Made by a program: the position numbers and the translations under genes. The notes beneath the pieces are model-generated. The model did no database searches and had not been told where the DNA came from. It worked only from the letters and a program-made list of their open reading frames with translations. A stretch of 45,240 bases of DNA from a virus, in the IMG/VR virus record IMGVR_UViG_3300045988_062454; one strand, 5' to 3'. Below, piece by piece: positions 18,021 to 28,318 of this stretch (position 1 is its first letter; each line of letters starts with the position of its first letter).

Positions 18021-18451
18021 CAGATTCCGTAAATTTGATAACTGACGCTATCAGCATTGCCCTGAACGGGGAATTTGGTGATGGCTATACAAACTACACA
18101 GAGAATGTGAAGCAAGGCTTGAAAGAACCTTGCTTTTTTATTTTCTGTATCAACCCCACCCATGAACTTTTCCTTGGGAAGCGGTATTTCAGGGAAAATC
18201 CGTTTTGCATACAGTTCTTTCCAGCTGACAAGCAGAATATGAACGCTGAATGTCACGCCATAGCGGAACGGTTGGAATTTTGCCTTGAGTGGATCACTGT
18301 TACCGGGGATTTGGTGCATGGCACGAAAATGAAATATGAAATTGTGGATGGGGTGCTTAACTTCTTTGTGAATTACGATATGTTCGTATATCGCAGAAGT
18401 GAATCGCAGCCTATGGAAGAAATTGAACAGGCTGTTTCCGTGAAAGGTTAA
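18017..18451 (+). CDS. tail completion/terminator-like protein
   Basis: The GTG start overlaps the previous stop. It lies directly upstream of the sheath gene. Confidence 0.4.
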   Translation: MTDSVNLITDAISIALNGEFGDGYTNYTENVKQGLKEPCFFIFCINPTHELFLGKRYFRENPFCIQFFPADKQNMNAECHAIAERLEFCLEWITVTGDLVHGTKMKYEIVDGVLNFFVNYDMFVYRRSESQPMEEIEQAVSVKG

Positions 18452-18460
18452 GGTGATGGA

Positions 18461-18673
18461 ATGGCGGTAAGGAAAACCACAAAAACCGCTGCAAAGGAAG
18501 CTGAAAATATTGAAAGTGAATTTTCAAAAAATCAGCTTCTTGCGGCAAAGCGTTTCAGAGGTAAGCGGGATGCCCTGAACGCTGTTCTTTCTAAATATCC
18601 CGATGATGAAAAATTCACGGTGAAAACCGTTGAACAAATGATTGAAGATTATATGAAAGGTAAGGTGAACTAA
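18461..18673 (+). CDS. hypothetical protein
   Basis: 70-aa ORF with RBS aaggtgatgg. Confidence 0.35.
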   Translation: MAVRKTTKTAAKEAENIESEFSKNQLLAAKRFRGKRDALNAVLSKYPDDEKFTVKTVEQMIEDYMKGKVN

Positions 18674-18674
18674 G

Positions 18675-19982
18675 ATGGCTTTGGGCGGTGGAACTTTTGT
18701 TACACAGAATAAAACCCTTCCCGGTGCTTATATCAACTTTGTATCGGCAGCAGCCGCAAGCGCAACCCTTTCTGATAGAGGTATCGCAACTATGCCCCTT
18801 GAACTGGATTGGGGCAAGGAAGGGGAAGTCTTTGAAGTTACCAATGGTGATTTTCAGAAGAACAGTATGGAAATCTTCGGATATGAGTACACCAACAATA
18901 AGTTGAAGGGGCTTCGTGACCTGTTTCTTGGGGCAAGAACCCTGTACGCTTACCGCCTGAACGGTGGTGGCACAAAGGCAAGTAATACCTATGCGGAAGC
19001 CCTGTATGGCGGCACCCGTGGTAATGACCTGAAAATCGTGATTCAGAAAAACGCTGATAACGATGAACTTTTCGATGTGACAACCATTCTTGGCACTTCG
19101 GAAGTTGATGTTCAGACGGTTGCCGCAGCTTCTAATCTTGTACCGAACAAGTATGTGAAGTTCAAAACGGAAGCTGAACTTGCAGTCACCGCTTCTACCC
19201 CGCTTACTGGCGGTACAAATAAGACGGTGGACGGCGCAGCTTATCAGGCGTACTTGGATAAGATTGAAGCTTATACCTATAACACGATGGGCGTTGTGGT
19301 AACTGATGATACCACAAAGAACCTGTTTGTTTCCTTCGTGAAGCGGCTTCGTGATGAAATGGGTATCAAGTTCCAGCTTGTTCTTCACAATAAGGCAGCC
19401 GATTACTACGGTGTTATCAATGTGAAAAATTCTGTTACCGATGCCGCTTTTGGTGCAGCCGCACTTGTTTATTGGGTAACTGGTGCGGAAGCCGGGTGTG
19501 AGGTCAATAGAAGCTGTCAGAACAAGGTTTATGACGGTGAATTTGATGTTGGTGTGGACTACACGCAGAATGAACTGATTGCCGCTATCAATGCGGGTGA
19601 ATTCGTTCTTCATAAGGTCGGTACTGATATTCGTGTGCTGTCTGACATTAACAGCATGACTACCACTTCCGACACGCAGGGCGATATTTTCAAGGACAAT
19701 CAGACGATCCGGGTTATCGATCAGATTGCAAATGATATTGCCGTCCTGTTCAAAGATAAGTATTTGGGCGTTGTTCCCAACGATGCAGCGGGGCGCATTT
19801 CTCTTTGGTCGGATATTGTGAAGCACCATCAGCAGCTTAATGATATTCGTGCCATTGAAGATTTTGCCGATTCTGATGTGGTTGTGGAACAGGGCGACAC
19901 TAAGAAATCGGTTGTGGTAACGGACGCTGTAACGGTTGTAAATGCTATGGATAAGCTTTATATGACCGTTACAGTGGCATAA
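18675..19982 (+). CDS. contractile tail sheath protein (XkdK-like)
   Basis: The N-terminus is MALGGGTFVTQNKTLPGAYINFVS. 435 aa. Confidence 0.85.
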   Translation: MALGGGTFVTQNKTLPGAYINFVSAAAASATLSDRGIATMPLELDWGKEGEVFEVTNGDFQKNSMEIFGYEYTNNKLKGLRDLFLGARTLYAYRLNGGGTKASNTYAEALYGGTRGNDLKIVIQKNADNDELFDVTTILGTSEVDVQTVAAASNLVPNKYVKFKTEAELAVTASTPLTGGTNKTVDGAAYQAYLDKIEAYTYNTMGVVVTDDTTKNLFVSFVKRLRDEMGIKFQLVLHNKAADYYGVINVKNSVTDAAFGAAALVYWVTGAEAGCEVNRSCQNKVYDGEFDVGVDYTQNELIAAINAGEFVLHKVGTDIRVLSDINSMTTTSDTQGDIFKDNQTIRVIDQIANDIAVLFKDKYLGVVPNDAAGRISLWSDIVKHHQQLNDIRAIEDFADSDVVVEQGDTKKSVVVTDAVTVVNAMDKLYMTVTVA

Positions 19983-19999
19983 GAAAGGGGTGAAATTCA

Positions 20000-20479
20000 G
20001 TGAACAACATTGTGATGAAAGGCAAAGACACAATCGCCGCTAAGATGGCGGAGTGCTTTATCACTATTGGGGATCGCCGCTATAACTTTATGCAGATGAT
20101 TGATATGGAAGTTCAGGTTGAAAAAACCAAAACCACCGTTCCCCGCCTTGGGGCAATCATGGCAGGTCATAAGTCTTGCGGTATGGAAGGTACTTTTTCC
20201 GGCACAGCCCATTACAATCAGTCTGTAATGCGGCAGCTTCTTCTTGACTACAAGAACAGCGGTGTTGATGCCTACTTTGAAATGCAGATCACCAACGATG
20301 ATCCCGGTTCGGACGCTGGCAGACAGACGATTGTTCTTTATGACTGCAACACGGACGGCGGTATTTTGGCTAAGTTCGATGCAGACGGTGAATATCTGGA
20401 TGAAGAAATTGAAGGTACTTTCGAGGATTTCTCCATGCCGGAATCTTTTGCACAGCTTACGGGCTTCCTTACGAACTAA
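20000..20479 (+). CDS. tail tube protein (XkdM-like)
   Basis: 159 aa, directly after the sheath gene. Confidence 0.75.
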   Translation: MNNIVMKGKDTIAAKMAECFITIGDRRYNFMQMIDMEVQVEKTKTTVPRLGAIMAGHKSCGMEGTFSGTAHYNQSVMRQLLLDYKNSGVDAYFEMQITNDDPGSDAGRQTIVLYDCNTDGGILAKFDADGEYLDEEIEGTFEDFSMPESFAQLTGFLTN

Positions 20480-20484
20480 GGTTA

Positions 20485-20529
20485 AACCCCTTGTGTGGGC
20501 TTTATATAGGCTCATATAAGGGGTTTTTC
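20485..20529 (+). terminator. hairpin plus T-run after the tube gene
   Basis: aaccccttgtgtgggc pairs with gctcatataaggggtt (G-U pairs), followed by ttttt. Confidence 0.5.
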
Positions 20530-20552
20530 TTATCACTCGATAAACAGAAAGG

Positions 20553-20996
20553 ATGAATGAAAAAATGTCTAAATTCGCTAAATTTATGAAAGCAAACAAA
20601 ACCGTGAAAGAGAACGGTTTTTATCCGGCTACTAAGTCCCTTTGTGACGATAACGGCAACCCCCTTGAATGGGAGTTCCGCCATATCACTTCTAAGGAAA
20701 ATGAAGATATTCGTGAATCCTGTACGCTTGATGTGCCTGTTACGGGTAAGCCGAATATGTACCGTCCAAAGCTGAAATCCAACCTGTATATTCAGAAAAT
20801 GATTGTGGCTTCCATCGTTACCCCTGATATGTACAACGCTGAATTGCAGGATTCCTACGGCGTAAAAACCCCGGAAGATCTGCTTATGGCTATGGTGGAT
20901 GATCCGGGTGAGTATAACGATCTTGCCGCATTTGTACAGAAATTTCAGGGCTTTAATGTGTCCTTTGACGATAAGGTGAATGAAGCAAAAAACTAA
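20553..20996 (+). CDS. tail assembly chaperone (XkdN-like), zero-frame product
   Basis: 147 aa between the tube and tape measure genes. Confidence 0.7.
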   Translation: MNEKMSKFAKFMKANKTVKENGFYPATKSLCDDNGNPLEWEFRHITSKENEDIRESCTLDVPVTGKPNMYRPKLKSNLYIQKMIVASIVTPDMYNAELQDSYGVKTPEDLLMAMVDDPGEYNDLAAFVQKFQGFNVSFDDKVNEAKN

Positions 20997-21193
20997 TTGA
21001 AGAAGGGGATTGGGAAGCAAACTTTGCTTACTATGCCCTTCTTAAACTTCATATTCTTCCTTCTGTTTGGCTTGCTATGGACGAGCAGGAAAAAGCCTTT
21101 TGCGTTGCCGCTATCCGGGTAAAGCTTGAAAAGGATAAGAAGGAAAAGAAACGGATTGAGAGTAAGAGCAAAGGCAAAAAGAAAGGTAGGTGA
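20553..21193 (+). CDS. tail assembly chaperone, -1 frameshift extension product (G-T-like)
   Basis: The -1 frame after 20993 reads LIEEGDWEANFAYYALLKLHILPSVWLAMDEQEKAF...KGKKKGR and stops at TGA 21191..21193. It has no start codon of its own. Confidence 0.55.
20987..20993 (+). promoter_or_regulatory. -1 programmed frameshift slippery heptamer A AAA AAC
   Basis: The zero-frame codons gcA AAA AAC are followed by TAA. The -1 frame is open for 66 further codons. Confidence 0.6.
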
Positions 21194-23844
21194 TAAGCGT
21201 GGCGACAATCCGAACAGCGATTGAATTACAGGATAACTTTTCGGGGATTCTGTACGGCATTACAAACGCTGTAAATATGAGCCTTTCCGTCATGGAAGAT
21301 TTGAACCGGGCTATGAACGAACCCGTGGACACCACTTCCATTCAAGCGGCAAGGGAAGCAATCAATCAAGCCACGATTGCGGCGCAGCAATGGGAAGCCG
21401 CTATGCAGAATGTAGATGCGCCGCAAACTTCCACGCCTACCACCCCGCAGCCTTCCACGCCGCAGCCCGTTCCTGTACAGTGGCAATCTGATTCAATGGA
21501 TGTGTTTACCACTTCCGGCGTTGAAAGATTTCAGCAAGAAATTCAAAGTGCAAATAATATGTTGAACACTTTGAACACTACGCAGGAACGGATTGCGGCA
21601 ACGGCGGCGGGAACTGATATGTTCCCGGCAAGTGCTGTTGCGGATATGAACAGTATGCAATCCCGCTTGCAAGCCATTCAGCAACGGATTCAGCAGATCG
21701 AAAGCAACCCCATGAATTTGGGGACGGACACCGCAAACGCTGAATTGGAGCAGCTTAGAAGTCAGTTGAATCAGGCGGTTCAGAATCAGGAAGATTTGAA
21801 CCGGGCTATGGAGCGGATGGACGTTTCCGCAGCCAATGAAGCCTACTTGCGGTTATCCAGTACAGTAAGCAATACAGAACGCTATATCCGTGACAATACG
21901 GACGAACAGGGGCGTTTTAATCGTGCCATTGATGAAGGTACGCAGGGCGCAGGCGATTTGATGAACATGATTAAGGGGGCAGTTGCCGCTTATGCAAGTG
22001 TTCAGACAATCGGAAAGGTGATGGATTTATCCGATCAGCTTACTTCTACAACCGCCCGCCTGAATTTAATGAACGATGGTCTGCAAACCACACAGGATTT
22101 GCAGAATATGATTTACCTTTCGGCTGAACGGTCAAGGGGCGCATATCAGGCAACCGCTGACGCTGTTTCCAAATTGGGACTTATGGCGGGTGATGCTTTC
22201 AGCAGTTCAGAAGAAATCATTGCATTTACTGAACAGTTGAACAAGCAATTTACCATTGCCGGTACAGAAACGGCAGGCATTGAAGCCGCCATGTTGCAGC
22301 TTACACAGGCTATGGGTTCGGGTGTTCTTCGTGGTGAAGAATATAATTCAATCCTTGAACAAGCCCCGAATATCATTCAGGCGATTGCTGATTACATGGA
22401 AGTTCCAAAAGGGCAGCTTAAAGATATGGCGGCGGAAGGTGAAATCACCGCTGAAATCGTCAAGAACGCCATGTTTGCGGCGGCAGATGAAACCAACGCC
22501 AAATTTGAAGCGATGCCTAAAACCTTTTCGCAGATTTGGACTTCTTTTCAGAATACCGCTTTGATGGCGTTTCAGCCCGTACTTCAAAGGTTGAACGATG
22601 TAGCGAACAGTGAAGCGTTCCAAACCTTTATAAATGGTGCGATTGAAGCCCTTTCAATGGTGGCGGGTATCGTGGTTGAAATCTTCAACCTAATTGCTTC
22701 TGTTGGGACAATGATTGCAGACAACTGGTCTTGGTTATCCCCTATCATTTATGGGGTTGCAGCCGCATTGTTAGTGTATTATGGGCGGCTGATGCTTGTA
22801 AGAGGGGCTGAACTTGCTCTTGCAGCGGTTCAAGGGGTTGTTGCAGTCGCAAAAGGAATATTGGCAGCGGCAACAATGCTTGTGACTGGCGCAACATGGG
22901 CGCAGACAACGGCGCAATATGGCTTAAACGCTGCAATGTACGCTTGTCCCATTGTTTGGATTATCATTTTGATTATCGCCCTGATTGCCCTATTTTATGC
23001 GGCGGTTGCGGCGGTGAATAAATTTGCCGGGACTTCCGTTTCTGCAACTGGTATCATTTGCGGGGTGTTCATGGTGGCGGCAGCGTTCATTGGAAATCTG
23101 TTCGTTGCCCTGATTAACTTTGTCATTGATATTTTCGTGGTACTTTGGAATTTCATTGCCGCATTTGCAAACTTCTTTGGGAATGTGTTCAATGATCCGG
23201 TTGGGGCAATCGCAAGATTGTTTTTTGATTTGGTTGATACCGTCCTTTCCCTGTTGCAGTCTTTGGCAAGTGCCATTGACACAATCTTTGGTTCAAACCT
23301 TGCGGGGGCGGTTCAAGGTTGGCGTGATTCCCTTGGTGGGTGGGTTGATTCCACCTTCGGGCAAGGGGAAGAAATCATGGCAAAGCTAAATGCGGAAGAT
23401 TTGCATTTAGATAGATTTGAGTATTCCAGCGCATGGGATGCGGGGTATTCGTTCGGTGAAGGAATAGATGAAAGCATTGCAAACTTCGATCCTTCTTCCC
23501 TGTTTGATACCAATGTTCCGGGTGCTGGTGACTATGCCGATCTTAGCGGATACGGCAGCGATTTAGGCGGGCTTGGTGGTATCGGAAGCGGTGTGGATGA
23601 TATTGCCGGGAACACCGGAGCAATCGCTGACAGCATGGATATTACAGAAGAAGATTTGAAGTATCTTCGTGATATTGCAGAGCAGGAAGCGGTGAACCGA
23701 TTTACAACCGCTGAAATTAGCGTTGATATGTCCGGTATGCAGAACAACATTTCTAACGGAATGGATTTGGACGGCGTTATTTCCGGGTTGACAGAAGGTG
23801 TAAATGAAGCGATTGATAGCATGGCGGAAGGGGTGCATACATGA
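21190..23844 (+). CDS. tail tape measure protein
   Basis: 884 aa with coiled coils, hydrophobic Ala/Val/Ile-rich segments and a TP901-type core ([26 protein letters not shown]). GTG 21199 is an alternative start. Confidence 0.9.
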   Translation: MISVATIRTAIELQDNFSGILYGITNAVNMSLSVMEDLNRAMNEPVDTTSIQAAREAINQATIAAQQWEAAMQNVDAPQTSTPTTPQPSTPQPVPVQWQSDSMDVFTTSGVERFQQEIQSANNMLNTLNTTQERIAATAAGTDMFPASAVADMNSMQSRLQAIQQRIQQIESNPMNLGTDTANAELEQLRSQLNQAVQNQEDLNRAMERMDVSAANEAYLRLSSTVSNTERYIRDNTDEQGRFNRAIDEGTQGAGDLMNMIKGAVAAYASVQTIGKVMDLSDQLTSTTARLNLMNDGLQTTQDLQNMIYLSAERSRGAYQATADAVSKLGLMAGDAFSSSEEIIAFTEQLNKQFTIAGTETAGIEAAMLQLTQAMGSGVLRGEEYNSILEQAPNIIQAIADYMEVPKGQLKDMAAEGEITAEIVKNAMFAAADETNAKFEAMPKTFSQIWTSFQNTALMAFQPVLQRLNDVANSEAFQTFINGAIEALSMVAGIVVEIFNLIASVGTMIADNWSWLSPIIYGVAAALLVYYGRLMLVRGAELALAAVQGVVAVAKGILAAATMLVTGATWAQTTAQYGLNAAMYACPIVWIIILIIALIALFYAAVAAVNKFAGTSVSATGIICGVFMVAAAFIGNLFVALINFVIDIFVVLWNFIAAFANFFGNVFNDPVGAIARLFFDLVDTVLSLLQSLASAIDTIFGSNLAGAVQGWRDSLGGWVDSTFGQGEEIMAKLNAEDLHLDRFEYSSAWDAGYSFGEGIDESIANFDPSSLFDTNVPGAGDYADLSGYGSDLGGLGGIGSGVDDIAGNTGAIADSMDITEEDLKYLRDIAEQEAVNRFTTAEISVDMSGMQNNISNGMDLDGVISGLTEGVNEAIDSMAEGVHT

Positions 23845-24530
23845 TGAAAAGTGGATATGATTTTTACTTGAAGAAGTGCTTGCTTCCCGTCACCCCGCAG
23901 AAGCTTGAAATCAAAATCAACAATGCCAATGATACGGTAACGCTGATAAATGAAGGGGAAATTAACATTCTGAAAACCGCAGCACTTACGGATATTGAAT
24001 TTGAATGTGAAATCCCACAGGTGAAACAGCCCTATGCAGTCTATAAGTCAGGCTTTCAGGGGGCTTCTTATTTCCTTGATTACTTTGAAGGGCTGAAAAC
24101 TTCCAAACAGCCCTTCCAATTCCTTGTGTCAAGGACAATGCCGAATGGCAAAGTGTTGTTTTCCACGAATATCAAAGTTTCAATGGAAGATTACAAAATC
24201 ACAGAAGATTCAAAGAATGGCTTTGATCTGAAAGTGAAGATTTCCTTGAAGCAATATAGGGAATACAGCACAAAAACGGTAAATATTCAGATTCAGGCTT
24301 CTAAGCCTAAAGCAACGGTTCAGCAGACGAGGGCGGCGGAAACAAGCCCCGCCCCCGCTGCTTCTCAAACTTATACGGTGGTAAGCGGTGATTGCCTTTG
24401 GAACATTGCAAAGCGTTTCTATGGAAACGGTGCAAAGTACACAGTGATCTATGACGCTAACCGGGGTGTTATCGGTGGAAATCCAAACCTAATTTACCCC
24501 GGTCAGGTGCTTACCATTCCGGCAGCTTAA
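23841..24530 (+). CDS. LysM-domain tail protein (XkdP-like)
   Basis: The C-terminal LysM is [31 protein letters not shown]...[10 protein letters not shown]. Confidence 0.8.
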   Translation: MMKSGYDFYLKKCLLPVTPQKLEIKINNANDTVTLINEGEINILKTAALTDIEFECEIPQVKQPYAVYKSGFQGASYFLDYFEGLKTSKQPFQFLVSRTMPNGKVLFSTNIKVSMEDYKITEDSKNGFDLKVKISLKQYREYSTKTVNIQIQASKPKATVQQTRAAETSPAPAASQTYTVVSGDCLWNIAKRFYGNGAKYTVIYDANRGVIGGNPNLIYPGQVLTIPAA

Positions 24531-24543
24531 AGGGGGTGCTTCA

Positions 24544-25527
24544 ATGAATGTTGAACTTTTGATTGCCGATCCTTCCGGCAGCAAGGCATATTTGCCGATT
24601 GTGGAAGAAGGGATCGAATGGACTACGGAAAGAAGAAGCACCCCCGGAAAGCTGACCTTCAAGGTTGTAAAAGACAGCATAATCAATTTTCAAGAGGGTG
24701 CAGCGGTACGCCTGAAAGTGGACGGCAAAGGGATTTTCTTTGGGTTCGTATTCAGCAAAAAGCGGGATAAGGATCAGATTATCAGCGTTACCGCCTACGA
24801 TCAGTTGCGTTATCTGAACAACAAAGATACCTATGTTTATGAAAATAAAACCGCAGCGCAGTTTATCAAGATGATTGCAGCGGATTTTTCTTTGAACGTG
24901 GGGACTATTGAAGATACCCCGTTTGTAATTGCTTCAAGGGTTGAGGACAACACTTCCCTTTTCGATATGATAGAAAATGCCCTTGATTTGGAATTGCAGA
25001 ACAACGGGAATATGTTCATTTTGTATGATGATTTTGGAAAGCTTACCCTGAAATTCCTTGGGAATATGTATGTTGGGGACAATTCTTCCGGGTATCTGAT
25101 GATTGATGAAGAAACCGGGGAAAATTTTGACTACACTTCCAGTATTGACAGCGACACCTACAATAAAGTGAAGCTGACCTATGACAATGACGAAACCGGA
25201 AAGCGAGAAGTCTATATTGCACAGGACGGCAGCCATATCAACGAATGGGGAATTTTGCAGTATTTTGATACGCTGTCAAAAGGTGAAAACGGGCAGGCGA
25301 AAGCCGATGCCCTTTTGCAGCTTTACAATAAGAAAACCCGTAACTTGAAAATTACCAATGCTTTAGGTGATACCCGTGTGAGAGCCGGAAGCATGGTGGT
25401 TGTCAACCTTGATTTGGGTGATATGAAGCTGAAAAATTTCATGCTGGTTGAAAAAGTTACACACAAGTTCAATCTTGATGAACATTTTATGGATTTGACA
25501 CTTAGAGGGGGTGAGTTCGTTGCCTGA
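24544..25527 (+). CDS. baseplate hub / late-control-D-like protein (XkdQ-like)
   Basis: 327 aa. Assigned by position and N-terminal pattern, from memory. Confidence 0.6.
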   Translation: MNVELLIADPSGSKAYLPIVEEGIEWTTERRSTPGKLTFKVVKDSIINFQEGAAVRLKVDGKGIFFGFVFSKKRDKDQIISVTAYDQLRYLNNKDTYVYENKTAAQFIKMIAADFSLNVGTIEDTPFVIASRVEDNTSLFDMIENALDLELQNNGNMFILYDDFGKLTLKFLGNMYVGDNSSGYLMIDEETGENFDYTSSIDSDTYNKVKLTYDNDETGKREVYIAQDGSHINEWGILQYFDTLSKGENGQAKADALLQLYNKKTRNLKITNALGDTRVRAGSMVVVNLDLGDMKLKNFMLVEKVTHKFNLDEHFMDLTLRGGEFVA

Positions 25528-25903
25528 CGCAACCGAATTAACAAAAGCGATTAAAAAAGCGGCAAGCAAGGCGGTAAAGGCAGAAAAGCCCGTTGAAGTC
25601 TGCTTTGGAAAGGTAACAAGTGCTTCCCCGTTGCAGATATTGGTGGATCAGAAGTTCACCCTTGGGGCAGCGCAGCTTGTCCTTACCCGCAATGTGACGG
25701 ATTTTACAACGAATGTAACGGTAAGTTGGAACACCGAAAATAAATCAGGCGGAAGTGGGGAAAGTTCCTTTGCTTCCCACAATCATGCAATTACCGGAAG
25801 GAAATCAATCACTGTTCATAATGGGTTGGTTGTTGGTGATGAAGTTATCCTTATCCGGCAGCAGGGCGGGCAAAAATATGTTGTGGTGGATAGAATCGGA
25901 TGA
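25511..25903 (+). CDS. XkdR-like (DUF2577) baseplate protein
   Basis: It has VEVCFGKVTSASPLQILVDQKFTL. TTG 25520 is a possible alternative start. Confidence 0.5.
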   Translation: MSSLPDATELTKAIKKAASKAVKAEKPVEVCFGKVTSASPLQILVDQKFTLGAAQLVLTRNVTDFTTNVTVSWNTENKSGGSGESSFASHNHAITGRKSITVHNGLVVGDEVILIRQQGGQKYVVVDRIG

Positions 25904-26304
25904 TTCCTTCAATTACTGGATTTCTTGAACAGGATTTTGAACTTGAAGAACAACCAACCTACACTTACAAAATGAATTTGGACACGGGTTCTATTCGTGG
26001 CTATACGGATGGGCTTGACGCTATGAGACAGGCGATTTTCAAAATTCTTCAAACAGAACGCTATCAATATATCATGTATAGCTGGAATTATGGGATTGAA
26101 ACGCTTGACTTGTACGGCGAACCCATTTCCTATGTATGTCCCGAACTGGAACGCAGGATCACAGAAGCCTTGCTTTGGGATGAACGAATTGAAAGCGTTG
26201 ATAACTTTGAATTTGACCTTCCGCAGAAAGGCGTGGTTCATGTGTCCTTTACAGCACATACCATTTTCGGGGATGTGCAAGCAGAAAGGACGGTGAATTT
26301 TTAA
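25900..26304 (+). CDS. XkdS-like (DUF2634) baseplate protein
   Basis: 134 aa with an overlapping start. Assigned by position. Confidence 0.5.
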   Translation: MIPSITGFLEQDFELEEQPTYTYKMNLDTGSIRGYTDGLDAMRQAIFKILQTERYQYIMYSWNYGIETLDLYGEPISYVCPELERRITEALLWDERIESVDNFEFDLPQKGVVHVSFTAHTIFGDVQAERTVNF

Positions 26305-27509
26305 TGTACGAGGATCAAACCTATGAAGTCATTCTTGAACGGATGCTTGCCCGTGTCAATGAAAAATTTGATAAGCGGGAAGGTGCGGTCATTTTCGACA
26401 CCCATTCACCAACCGCCATTGAATTTCAGATTTTATACATTGAACTTGATACCATTTTGCGGGAAGCATACGGGGACACCGCTTCAAGGGAATTCCTGAT
26501 TTTGCGCTGCAAGGAAAGAGGTATCACCCCCGATCCGGCAACCAACGCAATCTTGCGTGGCGTGTTCACCCCTTCAAACATTGATGTGATTGGTAAGCGG
26601 TTCAATATCGGTACTATGAACTATGTTGTTTTGAGGGAAGCAACGGACGGTGAAGGGGGTTATGAAGTCCAGTGTGAAACACCCGGCATAATCGGAAATC
26701 AGTATTTGGGACAGATGATCCCGATTGAATATATTGACGGGCTGGAAACCGCAACGCTGACGGAAATTCTTATTCCCGGTGAGGATGAAGAAGATACAGA
26801 GGTCTTGCGGGATCGCTACTTTGCTTCTTTTGAAGAAAAAGCTTTCGGCGGAAACCGGGCGGATTATATCAACAAAACCAACGCCATTCCCGGAGTTGGC
26901 AGCACAAAGGTAACGAGGGTTTGGAACGGGGATATTTCCCCCGCTTCCATGATCCCGAATGAAGCGGTGCAGGCTTGGTACAAAACGGGCTTATCTTCCC
27001 TTCCCGCAGATGTTCAGGCATGGATCAAAGCAATATATGAAGCTGCAATCAATTTGAAGCTGACAACCGGGGGAACGGTACTTATAACGATCCTGAATTC
27101 AAATTTTGATGTGGCAAATGAAACGCTGCTTAATTTGGTGAAGGAAACGCTTGATCCCGATGAATATACCGGGGAAGGTTACGGGCTTGCGCCTATCGGT
27201 CATGTGGTGAATGTGAAAAGCGCAAAAGCAGAGCCGATCACCATAAAAACCACAATCACCTTTGATGTGGGTTATAGCTGGTCGAATTTGCAGACTTCCA
27301 TTGATGGAGTAATTGAAGATTATCTTCTTGAACTTAGAAAGACTTGGGCGGATGAAGATCATTTGATTGTGCGTATCAGCCAAATTGAAACAAGGCTTCT
27401 TGGTATCAAGGGCATTGTGGATATAAATGGCACGACAATCAACGGCGTTGCCGATAACTTCACTTTAGGGAAGTATGAAGTTCCCGTGTATGAGGGGGCA
27501 AGCGCATGA
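26304..27509 (+). CDS. baseplate J-like protein (XkdT-like)
   Basis: 401 aa. Assigned by position and size. Confidence 0.7.
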   Translation: MYEDQTYEVILERMLARVNEKFDKREGAVIFDTHSPTAIEFQILYIELDTILREAYGDTASREFLILRCKERGITPDPATNAILRGVFTPSNIDVIGKRFNIGTMNYVVLREATDGEGGYEVQCETPGIIGNQYLGQMIPIEYIDGLETATLTEILIPGEDEEDTEVLRDRYFASFEEKAFGGNRADYINKTNAIPGVGSTKVTRVWNGDISPASMIPNEAVQAWYKTGLSSLPADVQAWIKAIYEAAINLKLTTGGTVLITILNSNFDVANETLLNLVKETLDPDEYTGEGYGLAPIGHVVNVKSAKAEPITIKTTITFDVGYSWSNLQTSIDGVIEDYLLELRKTWADEDHLIVRISQIETRLLGIKGIVDINGTTINGVADNFTLGKYEVPVYEGASA

Positions 27510-28303
27510 TTAGAGAAGTTGACCTTGTATCTTATTTGCCCCCATACTTACAGGAATACAATCAGGAAACCGTTGCAGCACTGGAAGCGGAAAACCCCGA
27601 ATTCAGACTAATTTGGGAAGCTTCTGACCGGGTTTTATACAATGAGTTCATAGCAACCGCCGATGAATACGGTATTTCAAGGTTTGAAAAAATATTGAAT
27701 ATTCTTCCGTCAAAGGAAGATACCCTTGAAAGTAGGCGGGCAAGGGTACAATCAAGGTGGTTTACGGAAATCCCGTACACCTTGAAAGCCCTGATTTCAA
27801 AGCTGATTGCCCTTTGCGGTGATTCAAATTTTGAAATCACAAAAGACTTCCTGTATTACAAAATCGGGATTGAAACCAACCTTGAACTGTTTGGACAGGT
27901 TGAAGAACTGGAACACATTATTGAAACAATGCTTCCCTGTAATATGGTTGTGGATTCGGTGAACAAAATCCCGTGTGATGCAGATGGAGTTGCCTTTTGG
28001 GGTGGCGGTATTTGTGCCGTTGAATTCTTTATTATCACAAATGATGAACGGACAGAACACACAATCACAGGTAAAGCAAATGTAGGCGGTGCGCTTAGTG
28101 GTGCAGCCGCTTATTTTATTACCAATGACAGCAAGGAAACCATAACGGCAAACGGTTCGGCAAGTCACGGCGGCGGTGCTGTAAATGCGGTAAGCGTGAC
28201 AATCACAAATGATTTCAATGAACAGTTCAACATAGACGGAACAAATTCACTTGGTTCAGGTGCGGTTGTTACTGAAATCATTGGAATAAACGATGAAGAA
28301 TAG
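27506..28303 (+). CDS. XkdU-like (Tail_P2_I/DUF2313) baseplate protein
   Basis: The N-terminus has YLPPYLQEY...LYNEFIATADEYGISRFEKILNI. Confidence 0.6.
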   Translation: MIREVDLVSYLPPYLQEYNQETVAALEAENPEFRLIWEASDRVLYNEFIATADEYGISRFEKILNILPSKEDTLESRRARVQSRWFTEIPYTLKALISKLIALCGDSNFEITKDFLYYKIGIETNLELFGQVEELEHIIETMLPCNMVVDSVNKIPCDADGVAFWGGGICAVEFFIITNDERTEHTITGKANVGGALSGAAAYFITNDSKETITANGSASHGGGAVNAVSVTITNDFNEQFNIDGTNSLGSGAVVTEIIGINDEE

Positions 28304-28318
28304 AAAGGATGAAATGAC

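Noticed and set aside
18615-20033. Very long antisense ORFs: 472 aa here, and also 28592..29896 (434 aa), 16006..16959 (317 aa), 13004..13627 (207 aa) and 39125..39808 (227 aa), all on the - strand.
   Set aside because: Each lies fully inside a + strand gene with clear homology-type motifs (sheath, tail fibre, capsid, MuF, repeat protein). Their translations are low-complexity or Cys/His/Arg-rich, and they have no RBS. They are most simply by-products of codon bias on the sense strand.
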